The notes: generated by a model not told the origin, from the sequence alone. Shown: positions 1-10,229, numbered from the stretch's first letter. The stretch is DNA of 64,000 bases from Alphaproteobacteria bacterium (GCA_965217615.1 CBDCIT010000016.1:229272-293271); one strand, 5' to 3'. Program-made: numbers and translations.

Positions 1-1089
1 GGCGTATTTACCCCGAAGGGCGTGATGGTTGAGAGTCTTGGGCCTGGCGAGGTTGGCTTTATCACGGCAGCCATTAAGTCCGTTGCCGACTGCAAGGTTG
101 GCGACACGCTGACCGACGACCGGCGGCCGACCGAGACCCCTCTGCCGGGCTTCAAACCGACGCAGCCTGTTGTATTTTGTGGGCTGTTTCCCGTCGATGC
201 CGCCGACTATGAGGATCTCCGAGAGGGTCTCTCAAGGCTCACTCTCAACGATTCGAGCTTCCACTACGAACCCGAAACCTCGGCGGCGCTCGGCTTCGGG
301 TTTCGGGTCGGTTGCCTTGGCCTGTTGCACCTGGAGATAGTTCAGGAACGGCTGGCCCGAGAGTTCGACCTGGACCTGATCGCCACCGCGCCGTCGGTCG
401 TCTACCGTATTCACGTGTCGAGCGGTGCTGTCACCGAGCTGCACAACCCCGCCGACTATCCGGATCCCGTAGCCATCGACCATGTTGAGGAACCTTGGAT
501 TAAGGCGACCGTTCTGGTTCCCGACGACTACCTGGGCGCGGTGCTGGCGCTTTGCACCGAACGGCGCGGCGAACAGGTCGACCTGACCTATGTGGGAAAC
601 CGGGCGATGGCGATCTACCGCCTCCCGTTGAACGAGGTGGTGTTCGACTTCTACGACCGGCTCAAATCGGTAAGCCGGGGATATGCCAGTTTCGACTACG
701 AAATAGATAGCTACCGTGAAGGCGATCTCGTCAAACTGTCCATTCTGGTCAACGGCGAACCGGTCGATGCGCTCTCGGTCATCGTCCACCGCGGGCGCGC
801 CGAGTCTCGCGGCCGCGTTCTTTGTCAGAGGCTCAAGGAGTTGATTCCGCGTCAGCTTTTCAAGGTTGCAATCCAGGCGGCGATCGGTGGCCGCATCGTC
901 GCTCGCGAGACCGTCGGCGCGCTACGCAAGGATGTGACCGCCAAATGTTACGGCGGCGATGTCACGCGCAAGCGCAAGCTTTTGGACAAGCAGAAAGAAG
1001 GCAAGAAGCGGATGCGCCAGTTCGGACAGGTCGAAATCCCACAGTCGGCCTTCCTCGAGGTGCTTAAGGTCAGCGACGACAGAGCGTGA
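1..1089 (+). CDS. lepA: Elongation factor 4 (LepA), C-terminal ~360 aa; 5' end outside window
   Basis: The frame of ORF 22..1089 is open from base 1. The sequence is typical of EF4 domains III-V plus the LepA C-terminal domain (…[22 protein letters not shown]…, [40 protein letters not shown]). Confidence 0.95.
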   Translation, partial: GVFTPKGVMVESLGPGEVGFITAAIKSVADCKVGDTLTDDRRPTETPLPGFKPTQPVVFCGLFPVDAADYEDLREGLSRLTLNDSSFHYEPETSAALGFGFRVGCLGLLHLEIVQERLAREFDLDLIATAPSVVYRIHVSSGAVTELHNPADYPDPVAIDHVEEPWIKATVLVPDDYLGAVLALCTERRGEQVDLTYVGNRAMAIYRLPLNEVVFDFYDRLKSVSRGYASFDYEIDSYREGDLVKLSILVNGEPVDALSVIVHRGRAESRGRVLCQRLKELIPRQLFKVAIQAAIGGRIVARETVGALRKDVTAKCYGGDVTRKRKLLDKQKEGKKRMRQFGQVEIPQSAFLEVLKVSDDRA

Positions 1090-1090
1090 C

Positions 1091-1408
1091 CTAACGCCGG
1101 CGGCCGCGATCTCGCGCGAGCGTCGTCAGCGCGAACCCGAGAACCAGCGTGACCAGGAACAGGAACAGCAGGACTTCCCAAGTCGAGCGCTGCAGCAGCG
1201 GCACGATGGCAACGTCCCAGATCGGCGCATAGATATAGCGCTGTACGATGACCTGGAAGATGTTGAGGCTCGCCACGTCGAACTGGAACCATAGCTGGCC
1301 GCTGGGCAGGGTTACGTCGTGGCCTGCGAGCCATAGCCAAAGGCCAAAGGCAAGCAGGGCGAGCGTAAGCAGATGGAAAAGACGGCCGAACAGCCGGACT
1401 ATGAACAT
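1091..1408 (-). CDS. Small integral membrane protein (hypothetical, ~105 aa)
   Basis: ORF 1091..1543 shortened to the internal ATG at 1408 (MFIVRLFG…), which has GGAGG 6 nt upstream. It has 2-3 hydrophobic helices. The upstream part of the tracked ORF runs into the IS terminus. Confidence 0.5.
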   Translation of the reverse strand: MFIVRLFGRLFHLLTLALLAFGLWLWLAGHDVTLPSGQLWFQFDVASLNIFQVIVQRYIYAPIWDVAIVPLLQRSTWEVLLFLFLVTLVLGFALTTLARDRGRRR

Positions 1409-1513
1409 CCCGCCTCCAACGAGAACCGTTGGGGTTCCTGTGGGGGATCGGAGACCGCTAACCCCAGCGAGAACCAGCGGCGAAGAACCTAACACGCCCG
1501 TCTGGTAAGGGGT

Positions 1514-1532
1514 AGTTGTACGAATCAAGGCT
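1514..1532. repeat. 19-bp direct repeat (left target-site duplication of IS copy A): AGTTGTACGAATCAAGGCT
   Basis: An identical 19-mer recurs at 2879..2897, immediately outside the IS termini. Confidence 0.85.
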
Positions 1533-2878
1533 GTCGCTAACACACGATATGACCGGTCTATGTAACAGATGATCTGTCCGGTTTTAGATTTCCTCCAAAT
1601 CTGGAGGAATCGGATGCGCCGGACGGAGCAGTTGCAGGGACTGAGATTGATGAAGTTCGAGGATGTCTACGGACGTTGTTATCGGGGTGATTTGAGCCAG
1701 GCCGAGGCCTCGGAGATCCTGGGCATGTCGGAGCGGACGTTCCGGCGCTGGCGGGAGCGCTATGAGGCCGAGGGTGCCGAGGGTTTGTACGACCGGCGCC
1801 TTGGGCGGGTCTCGGCGCGCCGCGCGCCGGTGGACGAGGTGATGCGGGTGCTGGAGCTGTTCGAGACGCGCTACCCGGACTTCACGGCCAAGCACTTCCA
1901 CGAGAAGCTGGTCTGCGAGCATGGCTTCGGGCTGAGCTACAACTGGCTTCGCCTGAGCTTGCAGGCGCACGGCAAGATCAAGCCGGCGCCCAGGCGCGGG
2001 GCGCACCGCCGGAAGCGGCCGCGCCGACCGGTGGTGGGGATGATGCTGCACCAGGACGGCTCGAGCCACGAGTGGGTTGCGGGCCAGTGGTGGGATCTGA
2101 TCGTGACCATGGACGATGCGACATCGGAGGTCTATTCGGGCTTCTTCGTTGCCGAGGAGGGCACGATGAGCACGTTCCGCGGGCTCGGCGAGGTGATCGC
2201 CGAAAACGGGCTGTTCTGCTCGCTCTACGCCGATCGGGCCTCGCACTACTGGCACACGCCCGAGGCGGGCGGCGGTGTGGACAAGGACAACCCGACCCAG
2301 ATCGGCCGGGCCTTGGCGCAGCTCGGCATCGAGTTGATCGCGGCCTATTCGCCGCAGGCCCGGGGCCGCTCGGAGCGCATGTTCGGGACCTTGCAGAAGC
2401 GCCTGCCCCAGGAGCTGCGCCTCGCCGGGATCGCCACCATGGCCGAGGCCAATCGCTTTCTCGAGGAGCTCTTCTGGCCGGCGCACAACGCCCGCTTCGC
2501 CCGCCCGGCCGCGGACACCGGCTCGGCCTTCGTGGCTTTTGCCGGCACGCTCGAGGACATCCTCTGCGCCCAGGAGGACCGCGTCGTCGCGGGCGACAAC
2601 ACCGTGCGCTACAAGAACCGCACGCTGCAGATCCCGGCCGATCGCCACCGCCACCACTACGTCAAGGCGCAGGTCCGGGTGCACGAATATCCCGACGGCC
2701 ACCTGGCCGTCTTCCACGGACCCAGGTGTCTGGCGCGCTACCGCGCCGACGGCGAAACCATCGACGACGACAGGCTCCAGGCCGCGTGACCCGCTTCGAC
2801 GCGACCGAGCCAAACCACCACAACAGAAGCGGTCAATTCATATGGTACATAAAGCGGTCAACTCAGTTTGTTATCGAC
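1533..2878 (+). mobile_element. IS element copy A (1346 bp), IS1202-group/ISNCY-like, intact
   Basis: Imperfect terminal inverted repeats (GTCGCTAACACAC… and …GTTTGTTATCGAC), a single 406-aa transposase ORF and 19-bp flanking direct repeats. A second copy lies at 20068..21405. Confidence 0.85.
1569..2789 (+). CDS. Transposase (HTH + rve/integrase-core DDE; ISNCY/IS1202-like)
   Basis: 406-aa ORF with an N-terminal HTH (LSQAEASEILGMSERTFRRWRERYEAEGAEGL) and an integrase-core region (LHQDGSSHEW…DLIVTMDDATSEVY…YADRASHY…AYSPQARGRSER). The family assignment is from memory of similar proteins, not from a search. Confidence 0.8.
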   Translation: MICPVLDFLQIWRNRMRRTEQLQGLRLMKFEDVYGRCYRGDLSQAEASEILGMSERTFRRWRERYEAEGAEGLYDRRLGRVSARRAPVDEVMRVLELFETRYPDFTAKHFHEKLVCEHGFGLSYNWLRLSLQAHGKIKPAPRRGAHRRKRPRRPVVGMMLHQDGSSHEWVAGQWWDLIVTMDDATSEVYSGFFVAEEGTMSTFRGLGEVIAENGLFCSLYADRASHYWHTPEAGGGVDKDNPTQIGRALAQLGIELIAAYSPQARGRSERMFGTLQKRLPQELRLAGIATMAEANRFLEELFWPAHNARFARPAADTGSAFVAFAGTLEDILCAQEDRVVAGDNTVRYKNRTLQIPADRHRHHYVKAQVRVHEYPDGHLAVFHGPRCLARYRADGETIDDDRLQAA

Positions 2879-2897
2879 AGTTGTACGAATCAAGGCT
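2879..2897. repeat. 19-bp direct repeat (right TSD of IS copy A)
   Basis: Identical to 1514..1532. Confidence 0.85.
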
Positions 2898-3007
2898 GAG
2901 CATAGACGAGGTTTGGTTGGGTGCGTGTGGCTTGCTGGTCCTCGCGCCGCGGGGGTAATGTCGCGATCCGGCATGCCGCCGAAATTATCGCGGCCCATGT
3001 GCCAGCC

Positions 3008-3097
3008 GGAGGGGTGGCCGAGTGGTTTAAGGCGCACGCCTGGAAAGCGTGTGGGGGTTAGCGCTCCTCGCGGGTTCGAATCCCGCTCCCTCCGCCA
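3008..3097 (+). tRNA. tRNA-Ser (anticodon GGA), long variable arm, encoded CCA
   Basis: Acceptor GGAGGGG/TCCCTCC, D-arm GCCGAGTGGTTTAAGGC, anticodon loop CT-GGA-AA, long variable arm, T-arm GCGGGTTCGAATCCCGC, discriminator G + CCA. Confidence 0.9.
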
Positions 3098-3308
3098 GCG
3101 GCATTATCGGCATTCAAATATTGTGAGTTGTGCGCATCGGTTCGAGAGTGGCTGACGGCGCACGCGAAATTACGTGCACCCGGTCGGTTGATCCGGAGGG
3201 GATGTCCGTCGGCCGGTCCGCCGCGGCAGGGCGGACCGGAGTACAACTAGACTATTCGGTCGGCGCAGACAGTCCGCCGCTAGTCGCAAAATACGTTCGC
3301 GCCGCCGA

Positions 3309-3968
3309 TTATTTTGGCTGTGGCACGATCCGCAGATAGGGCTTCGGCGCCTTCCAGCCGTCCGGGAACTTCTCCTTGGCCTGCTCGTCGGACACGGCGG
3401 GAACGATAATGACGTCCTCGCCTTGCTTCCAGTTGACCGGTGTCGCGACCTGGTGCTTGGCCGTGAGCTGGCAGGAATCCACGAGACGCAGGACTTCGTC
3501 GAAGTTTCGGCCTGTGCTCATCGGGTAGGTCAGCGTCGCTTTGATCTTCTTGTCCGGACCGATCACGAACACTGAACGCACGGTCGCATTGTCAGCAGCC
3601 GTTCGGCCCTCGGAGGTGTCGCCGGCACCGGCCGGCAGCATGTCATAGAGCGTTGCTACCTTCAGCTCGGGATCGCCGCACAAAGGGTAGTTGACGGCAT
3701 GACCCTGGGTTTCTTCAATATCCTTCGACCACTCCGCATGATTGGTGACTGGATCCACACTGAGGCCCAGGACCTTGCAGTTGCGTTTATCGAAGTCTGG
3801 CTTCAGCCCCGCCATGTAGCCGAGTTCCGTGGTGCAGACGGGAGTGAAGTCCTTCGGATGCGAGAACAATATCGCCCAGCCGTCGCCGATCCATTCATGG
3901 AAGTTGATGGACCCTTCCGTCGTATCGGTGGTGAAGTCGGGGGCTACGTCGTTGATTCTCAGCGCCAT
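3309..3968 (-). CDS. Peroxiredoxin (1-Cys Prx/Prx6-like)
   Basis: ORF 3309..4034 trimmed to the ATG at 3968 (SD AGGAGG upstream). MALRINDVAPDF…FSHPKDFTPVCTTEL is the peroxidatic Cys motif. Confidence 0.9.
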   Translation of the reverse strand: MALRINDVAPDFTTDTTEGSINFHEWIGDGWAILFSHPKDFTPVCTTELGYMAGLKPDFDKRNCKVLGLSVDPVTNHAEWSKDIEETQGHAVNYPLCGDPELKVATLYDMLPAGAGDTSEGRTAADNATVRSVFVIGPDKKIKATLTYPMSTGRNFDEVLRLVDSCQLTAKHQVATPVNWKQGEDVIIVPAVSDEQAKEKFPDGWKAPKPYLRIVPQPK

Positions 3969-4323
3969 GTCTACCTCCTGAAGTTTTTGTTTTGGAGTTG
4001 CCCCGCGCCGATGCAGGGTCGCCGCCGCCGGCATGCCCGGTCAGGCGTTACGCCCGAGTGTAATAAGCGGGGCCGGAAGGGTAAAGAATTTCCATGTTGC
4101 GGCCGGCCGCATCCCCATCATGGACTCTAATTCGGGTGAGGAGAGCTTGCCGCGCAGGCGCGCTGCCTTGTTATTTCACTGGAATTGGCCTATTTGATGA
4201 CCGCCGGGCATCCCGGCGGAGGGTTGGCCGCGCGCGTTGCCAGAAGGGCGGCGAAGCGGCGCGACAGGCTTTACAAGGCCCGGCGTTGCGCGCGGGCCAA
4301 TCCAAAAACTGGAAGGAGTGTTG

Positions 4324-4542
4324 GTGGCCAAAGAGGAATTGCTGCAATTCGACGGTACGGTGACCGAAGTCCTGCCGAACGCAATGTTCAAGGTAAAGCT
4401 CGACAACGAGCATGAAGTTTTGGCCCATACCGCGGGTAAGATGCGCAAATACCGCATCCGCGTATTGGCGGGTGACCGCGTCAGCGTAGAGATGACGCCC
4501 TACGACCTGTCGAAAGGTCGGATCAACTTCCGTTACAAGTAG
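4324..4542 (+). CDS. infA: Translation initiation factor IF-1
   Basis: 72-aa product (V)[74 protein letters not shown] start at 4324 is preceded by GGAAGGAG. Confidence 0.95.
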   Translation: MAKEELLQFDGTVTEVLPNAMFKVKLDNEHEVLAHTAGKMRKYRIRVLAGDRVSVEMTPYDLSKGRINFRYK

Positions 4543-4601
4543 ACGACTTTCGAGCCTAGGAACGACCGCATATCCAGCTCGTGTGATGGTGCTGGTGCGC
4601 G

Positions 4602-5375
4602 TCAGTTGCTATGCGCTGCGCGTCTTTCCAATTCCGTTGCGCTGATCTCCAGAACCAATTTGTTGAGGATCGCTGCGGCGAACGTACTCTCTTCCTGTCG
4701 TACGACGAGGACGAACGCGCCGGGTCCACCGGTAACGTCGCGGCGGTAGTGCTCGTCGAGCGGAATGCCGCCCGGTCCGCTGTAAGTACGGCCGGGGTTG
4801 ATAATGGCCAGACCGTTGATCGTGATGCCCGAGAGCACGGCCCGGTCGCGGGCCGCGGCGACTGGCCCACCGCGGTTGTCGGGTCCGTCGCCCGAGATGT
4901 CGATGATGCGGCGCGTGCCGGTGAAATCGTTGGTGCCGATGAGTTGGGCCGAAAAATCCACAGCGTCGCCGATCGCGTTGGCGCCGCCGCAGTCGATAGG
5001 CGGCGCGGATACTAAGGCTGCCGCAAATGTACGCGCCGATGCCTCGTCGTGAATTCGTGCCCACGGCACTTTTATGCGCTGACAGCCGACGCCGGACCAT
5101 TCGACATAGATCACGGCAATCGCCTGGCGAAATCCACCGCGCACGGCCTGGAGTATTCGTGGATGGGTGATGGCCTGGGCGTAGCCCTGACGTTGCAGGC
5201 GCCGTTCCTCGGAATCGATGCTGCCGGAGGCGTCAGCTGCCAGGACCAGTTCAAGATCGACCGGAAGCTCCGCGGCCGATAATTGGTGCGGAGCGAAGAT
5301 CAGACAGTACAACGCGGCAAGATGCGCGAAGCGAAGCCAGTCGGCGTGTACGATGTTCATTTGGCGAGCCCTCAT
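4602..5375 (-). CDS. DUF1194 (vWA-like) domain protein, secreted; start 5375 or 5360
   Basis: Signal-like N-terminus, then LELVLAADASGSID…IIDISGDGPDN…ITINGLAI, typical of DUF1194. The 5' end abuts an IS fragment. Confidence 0.75.
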   Translation of the reverse strand: MRARQMNIVHADWLRFAHLAALYCLIFAPHQLSAAELPVDLELVLAADASGSIDSEERRLQRQGYAQAITHPRILQAVRGGFRQAIAVIYVEWSGVGCQRIKVPWARIHDEASARTFAAALVSAPPIDCGGANAIGDAVDFSAQLIGTNDFTGTRRIIDISGDGPDNRGGPVAAARDRAVLSGITINGLAIINPGRTYSGPGGIPLDEHYRRDVTGGPGAFVLVVRQEESTFAAAILNKLVLEISATELERRAAHSN

Positions 5376-6556
5376 TAGGTTCCGATTCCGGCCGCCCGCA
5401 CACGACGTAAATGAAGGTTGTTGTTAGCGCTACCGGGGAGGCGAACAACCATGACATAACCGGCCATTGCCGCGCCATGTCCTTGGGCTATTCTGCGCCT
5501 AACAGCCCGTTGATTAAGTGGCTTTTTCCGGCTCTCACCCCCAGATGAGGAATGCGGCGGCGAAAGCCGACTGGCCGCTTTGCGAAACCCCCCGTCCACC
5601 AGCATGGCCCCGGTGGGCGTGAGCAGAACGAAAATACCGCCATATCCGCCCGCCACGGCCTCCCGCGGGGTGCCGGCGCCGATGAGCTGGCGCATCAGTA
5701 ACGATAGATTGTGGCCGGCGACGTGGAGCAGGTATCGCTTGTGCACATTCTCTCGCCCGCGCAGCCAGGTTCGTCGCATGCCGCCACGATCGAGGTTGTG
5801 GGCAAAGCAGCGCTCGACGATCTCGGCGCGCAGCTTGAAGGCCTCGCGGGCGACCCCGGACTTGAGCCGCGCACGGTTGTTGGTGACCGCGCGCCGCGCC
5901 GCCTCATCACCGTGCCAGCGCGAAAAGCCGGTCTGCTTGGGCGCCGCGATCCGGGTCTTCCAGGGACTGTCGTTCAGAGCCCTCAAGACCGCCCGTGAGT
6001 GATAACCTTTGTCGGCGACGCATTCGGCCGGGTCCTCCGCCGTCGGTGCCGCATCCACCGCCCCGAGGTTTGCCTCGGCCTTCGCCAGGGTCTTGGAAAG
6101 CGTCGTGGTGTCGCCCTCATCGGCCGGGTGCAGCTCGGCCGCCACCACCGCGCCGGTGTCCAGATCCACCGCGTGCTCGGGCTTGTAGGCCAGATGCGTC
6201 GTGCCGTCCTTCATCTTGGCGATCTTGGCCTCGGGGTCGCTCTTCGAAACCCAATCCGTGTTGGAAAGCTTCTTGCCCTTGCGCTCCAGACGCGCCAGAT
6301 CCTCGGCCGTGGGTGTCTCGACGCCGCTTTCCCGGGCCAGGCGCTCCAGCATCTCCCGGTAGCCTTCGCCGTTGGCGCGCCGCACGATGTTCCGCAGCGC
6401 CGCGTTGGCCTCCATGGTCGAGGCATCGACGCCGATGCGCTCGCCCTTGATCAGCCCCGCCTCGGCGATCAGCACCAGAACCCAGTCGAAGACCGCCGCG
6501 TGGACTTCATGGGGCAGGCGCGTGCGGCTTCGTGACAGCCAGGAATGGTCCGGTAC
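5375..6556 (-). pseudogene. IS1182/IS5-superfamily transposase fragment (N-terminal ~130 aa missing)
   Basis: The ORF 5375..6475 frame stays open to 6556. It reads …VPDHSWLSRSRTRLPHEVHAAVFDWVLVLIAEAGLIKGERIGVDASTMEANA…ADKGYHS…ERCFAHNLDRGGMRRTWLRGRENVHKRYLLHVAGHNLSLLMR. It is truncated where the IS903-like element begins. The low-coordinate boundary of the IS remnant is not determined. Confidence 0.75.
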
Positions 6557-7645
6557 GGCTTTGGTGCATGGACCTGAGGATTAGTATATCTGGCTCCGCT
6601 TCCGTCTTTGAGAGTTTGTCATGCCTTTCAAGTTCCACGCATCGCGTCGCCACCATATCCCCAGAGCCAAGTACCGGGTCATGAACTGGCCGGATTATGA
6701 CCGTGGTTTGGTTCGGCGCGGCGACATTCGTTTCTGGATTGATGAGCGCGCCCTGGAGCAATGGGACGCAGCCAAACGGCGAACTCCTGGTGGCCAGCGG
6801 CGGTTTTCAGAGTTGGCGATTTCCACGACACTGATGCTGGGGATGGTCTTCAGACTGCCGCTGCGCCAGACGGAAGGCTTTGTGCGTTCCCTCGTGGACT
6901 TTATGGGGTGCGATCTGCCGGTGCCGGATCACACCACGCTGTCGCGGCGGCGGCGAACGGTGGATGTCGTTGTGGAAACTAGCACGAACAAATGGCCTAC
7001 GGATATCGTGCTGGATTCCACGGGCCTGAAATTCTTTGGCGCTGGCGAGTGGGCTCGCGCCAAGCACGGTGAAACGCGGCGCTCGTGGCGCAAACTGCAT
7101 ATCTCGGTTGACCCGGCCAGCAGCGAGATCCGGACGCATGAACTGACCGGTGACGACACGGCCGATGCGACGATGGCGGGACCGTTGGTCGCCGGTTCCG
7201 GTGGGATGATCCGGCGCGTGTTTGCCGACGGCGCCTATGACGGGGAGCCCGTGACAAAAGCGATCCGAGAAGCTCGGCCACCGAATTCACCACCTGAAAT
7301 CATCATCCCGCCACGCGCCACATCCATTCCTCCCCCGGACACCCCTCATGGCGGATCGGAACGGGAGCACCATGCGGCGGAGATCGCGTCGAAGGGAAGG
7401 ATGAACTGGCAGAAACGACAGGGCTACGGATTGAGAGCGCTTGGCGAAACAGCCATGGCTCGCGTCAAGAGGCTCAACGGCGGCAAGCTCACCGCTCGCA
7501 CATTCCAATCCCAACAAACCGAAATCGCCATGCAGATCGACGCACTCAATCGCTCTATCCGTGCGGCGAAACCAAACACAATCAGGATCCGCTAACCAAC
7601 CGGGGAATGGGCGATCACACCATCGCGGCTCCATGCACCAAAGCC
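6557..7645 (+). mobile_element. IS5-family (IS903-group-like) element, 1089 bp
   Basis: 16-bp terminal inverted repeats GGCTTTGGTGCATGGA (6557..6572, and 7630..7645 on the complement). The first 7 nt are as in IS903 IRs. One 324-aa transposase ORF. No flanking direct repeat. Confidence 0.8.
6621..7595 (+). CDS. IS5-family transposase
   Basis: MPFKFHASRRHHIPRAKYRVMNWPDYDRGLVRRGDIRFWIDE…VLDSTGLKFFGAGEW…KLHISVD…FADGAYD… is a typical IS5/IS903-group layout. Confidence 0.85.
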   Translation: MPFKFHASRRHHIPRAKYRVMNWPDYDRGLVRRGDIRFWIDERALEQWDAAKRRTPGGQRRFSELAISTTLMLGMVFRLPLRQTEGFVRSLVDFMGCDLPVPDHTTLSRRRRTVDVVVETSTNKWPTDIVLDSTGLKFFGAGEWARAKHGETRRSWRKLHISVDPASSEIRTHELTGDDTADATMAGPLVAGSGGMIRRVFADGAYDGEPVTKAIREARPPNSPPEIIIPPRATSIPPPDTPHGGSEREHHAAEIASKGRMNWQKRQGYGLRALGETAMARVKRLNGGKLTARTFQSQQTEIAMQIDALNRSIRAAKPNTIRIR

Positions 7646-7816
7646 CTTCGCCGTAGCATCCAGTGATAGCGGGTCGAGTGTACGTCAATCGGAGTCATGA
7701 AATGGTAGGACACCATGATGTAGGCATCGCTCGGTAATTCCTTGTCGAAGCCACCTGTGCCCGCGGCCAACATCGTCAATCCCGACGAATAACCGAGGCG
7801 AACGGCGAACCGAGAT
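7646..7816 (-). pseudogene. Relic (~57 codons) of a VanA-like Rieske oxygenase C-terminal domain
   Basis: Within ORF 7615..7878: …AAGTGGFDKELPSDAYIMVSYHFMTPIDVHSTRYHWM… parallels …VTGTGAPEGKPGKNRWNIVVCHGVTPENDRSSHYFWG… of the intact oxygenase at 43417..44511. It is bounded by the fhs stop and the IS IR. Confidence 0.4.
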
Positions 7817-9499
7817 TTAGAACAGGCCTTCGACCTCACCCGCATCGTTGATCTTGATGCTGTTGGCCGCGGGCACACGCGGCAGACCTGGCATGGTCAT
7901 GACATCGCCGCAGATCGCCACCAGGAATTCCGCGCCGGCCGAAAGGCGAATTTCGCGTATGGGCACGGTAAATCCACTGGGCGCCCCCTTCAGGGTCGGG
8001 TCCGAAGACAGGCTATATTGGGTCTTGGCCATACAGATCGGAAAGTGGCCGAAGCCTGCATCCTGATATTGGCGATACTGGTCGGTCACGCGTTGATCGG
8101 CGGTGATATCGTCGGCACCGTAGATCTCCGTCGCAATGGTCTTCGTCTTCTCCCATAGCGACATGTCATCGGGATAAAGCGGTTTGAATTTGGCACTACC
8201 GCCGTCGACCAAATCGACGACCTTGTGGGCCAGCTCCTCCGTACCCGCACTGCCGTCGGCCCAGTGCGAGCACACCGCCGCATCGACACTCAATGAATCG
8301 GCCGCATCGGCTATGGCCTTGAGTTCGGCGTCGCTGTCGGCAATGAACTGGTTGATTGCGACAACCGGCGGAACGCCAAAGCGTCTCACGTTCGCCACGT
8401 GGCGCGCCAAGTTCTCGAGACCCTTTTCGACCGCCTCAACGTTTTCGGTACCCAGATCAGCCCGCGCGACGCCGCCATGCATTTTAAGGGCACGGACCGT
8501 TGCGACGATCACGACCGCCTCGGGATTCAATCCGGCCATCCGGCATTTGATATCGAAGAACTTTTCGGCACCTAAGTCAGCACCAAAACCCGCTTCGGTG
8601 ACGACATAGTCGGTGAGCTTAATCGCTGTCTTGGTCGCCATGGCCGAGTTGCAGCCGTGCGCGATGTTTGCGAAGGGTCCACCATGGATAAAGGCCGGGT
8701 TGTTTTCCAGCGTTTGCACCAGATTGGGCATCAGGGCGTCCTTCAGCAGCACGGTCATCGGCCCTTCGGCTAGAAGATCGCGCGCATAGACCGGCTCGCG
8801 TTCGCGCGTCTGGCCAATGATGATATTTCCGAGCCGGCGTTCCAGATCTTTTAGACTGGTCGCAAGGCAGAAGATCGCCATGACCTCGGAAGCAACGGTG
8901 ATATCGAAGCCGGTCTGCCTTGGGAATCCATTGGCCACGCCGCCAAGCGAGCAGGCGATGTCGCGCAACGCGCGGTCGTTCATATCGACGACGCGCCGCC
9001 ATGAGACACGGCGGCTATCGAGCTGCTTCTCGTTTCCCCAATAGATATGATTGTCGACAAGTGCCGAAAGCAGGTTATGCGCAGCGCCGATCGCGTGGAA
9101 ATCGCCGGTGAAGTGAAGGTTGATATCCTCCATCGGCACGACTTGGGCATAGCCGCCGCCAGCGGCGCCACCCTTCAGGCCGAAAGACGGACCGAGGCTC
9201 GGTTCGCGCAGGCACATGGCTGCGTGCTTGCCGATCCGGTTCAATCCGTCACCCAGGCCAACCGTCGTTGTTGTCTTGCCCTCACCCGCGGGCGTCGGTG
9301 TGATAGCTGTTACAAGAATTAACCGTCCGTCCGGCCGGTCGCTCAAGGAGTCGATAAAGTCGTAGGCGATCTTTGCCTTGTATGGGCCGTATTGCGATAA
9401 GTGCTGTTCCGCAATGTCGAGACGCTCGCCTATCTTGACTATCGGCTGCATCGACGCAGCGCGGGCGATCTCAATATCGCTCTTTGGCTTACCAGCCAT
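7817..9499 (-). CDS. fhs: Formate--tetrahydrofolate ligase
   Basis: ORF 7817..9706 trimmed to [15 protein letters not shown]… (560 aa, SD GGAGAGGG). [16 protein letters not shown]-loop and full-length FTHFS features. Confidence 0.95.
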   Translation of the reverse strand: MAGKPKSDIEIARAASMQPIVKIGERLDIAEQHLSQYGPYKAKIAYDFIDSLSDRPDGRLILVTAITPTPAGEGKTTTTVGLGDGLNRIGKHAAMCLREPSLGPSFGLKGGAAGGGYAQVVPMEDINLHFTGDFHAIGAAHNLLSALVDNHIYWGNEKQLDSRRVSWRRVVDMNDRALRDIACSLGGVANGFPRQTGFDITVASEVMAIFCLATSLKDLERRLGNIIIGQTREREPVYARDLLAEGPMTVLLKDALMPNLVQTLENNPAFIHGGPFANIAHGCNSAMATKTAIKLTDYVVTEAGFGADLGAEKFFDIKCRMAGLNPEAVVIVATVRALKMHGGVARADLGTENVEAVEKGLENLARHVANVRRFGVPPVVAINQFIADSDAELKAIADAADSLSVDAAVCSHWADGSAGTEELAHKVVDLVDGGSAKFKPLYPDDMSLWEKTKTIATEIYGADDITADQRVTDQYRQYQDAGFGHFPICMAKTQYSLSSDPTLKGAPSGFTVPIREIRLSAGAEFLVAICGDVMTMPGLPRVPAANSIKINDAGEVEGLF

Positions 9500-9856
9500 C
9501 GATCCCTCTCCGTGTGACGTCCATGTGATTTGACTATGAAGCGTGCTCGGCCGAACACAGCGGCGCACAATAGCCAGAAGACCCCATGTTCGCGACCCTT
9601 TTTGCCACGGTAATTGCAAAAAATCGGGATGTTCTCCGATTGCTCGCCGTCCAGCCGGGCAGGCCAACGCCCACTTCGCCGAGGCGCCATGCGCGAACAT
9701 CGCCAATGGGTAGGTTTCGAGGTCGTTTTGGGGTGGATGCTATCTCAGTGGCGAGGGCTGGCGCGCTGCACGGATGTCGCAGCAATCACGAAAAAGTTAA
9801 TCGAGCGGCAAGCAATTCGTACGCTCTTCGGGAGCGCTGGCCTCTTCAAACAGCGG

Positions 9857-10099
9857 TCAATCGGCGGCGGTTCGGTAGGTTTCTATCAATTGCCGGGCAT
9901 CATTTGCCAGCGGCTCGATGAAACACTCAAATTCAGCCAACGTTCGATAACAGTACACCGGCTCGAGACGCTCGGGTTTTTCGCGCGCTAGCCAGTTTCG
10001 GCTCAACAACTGCGTTTCACCCATCGTGTGACGCTCCCATGGATTCGCGCAGCCGGCTGCGGTCAACAACACGACAGCGATCAGGATGCCTCTATTCAT
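9857..10099 (-). CDS. Small lipoprotein (hypothetical)
   Basis: MNRGILIAVVLLTAAGC lipobox. The ATG at 10099 has GGAG 7 nt upstream. Confidence 0.55.
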   Translation of the reverse strand: MNRGILIAVVLLTAAGCANPWERHTMGETQLLSRNWLAREKPERLEPVYCYRTLAEFECFIEPLANDARQLIETYRTAAD

Positions 10100-10229
10100 T
10101 CGGTGCTCCATCGGCAGTGTTTACACCAGCCTTGGTTACTAGGACCCGCACGATCGGCTTCGCCCCTTTCAGGACAATGCGCGCAACAGCCTAATTTACC
10201 AACGTCATGTGACACAGCCGCGGCGTGGT

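Noticed and set aside
1584-2813. 409-aa ORF antisense to the IS transposase. Analogous long antisense or off-frame ORFs occur at 232..789, 20660..21340, 22974..23873, 40240..41262, 44092..45141, 45154..46023, 50470..52233, 55751..56881 and 61450..62991.
   Set aside because: All lie opposite or out of frame to genes with clear homology. They are Arg/Ala/Gly/Pro-rich, as expected for shadow ORFs in high-GC DNA, and have no recognisable motifs.
3215-3241. GC-rich hairpin CCGGTCCGCC…GGCGGACCGG between tRNA-Ser and the peroxiredoxin gene, considered as an intrinsic terminator.
   Set aside because: No U-tract follows it on either strand, so I do not call it a terminator.
5360-5480. Overlap of the DUF1194 start with the 3' tail of the IS1182-type transposase frame, considered as a possible hybrid promoter or fusion.
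   Set aside because: The tail (…SGGESRKKPLNQRAVRRRIAQGHG…) does not look like transposase sequence, and the true IS end cannot be placed without the missing other end. There is not enough evidence for any claim.
9480-9605. Apparent 1-nt disagreement between my manual base counting and the ORF-track coordinates, around the T-run near 9598..9603.
   Set aside because: This is most likely my own counting error on a homopolymer. The ORF-track frames (for example 9586..9921 and 9534..9785) are internally consistent, so I used track-derived coordinates and make no biological claim.
9500-9720. Possible ZTP (pfl) or THF riboswitch in the fhs 5' leader.
   Set aside because: I read the minus-strand leader and could not find the conserved pfl elements (for example the CCGCCTGGGC 3' subdomain) or any THF-like core. 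Only a plain SD (GGAGAGGG) is present. An Infernal scan would settle this.
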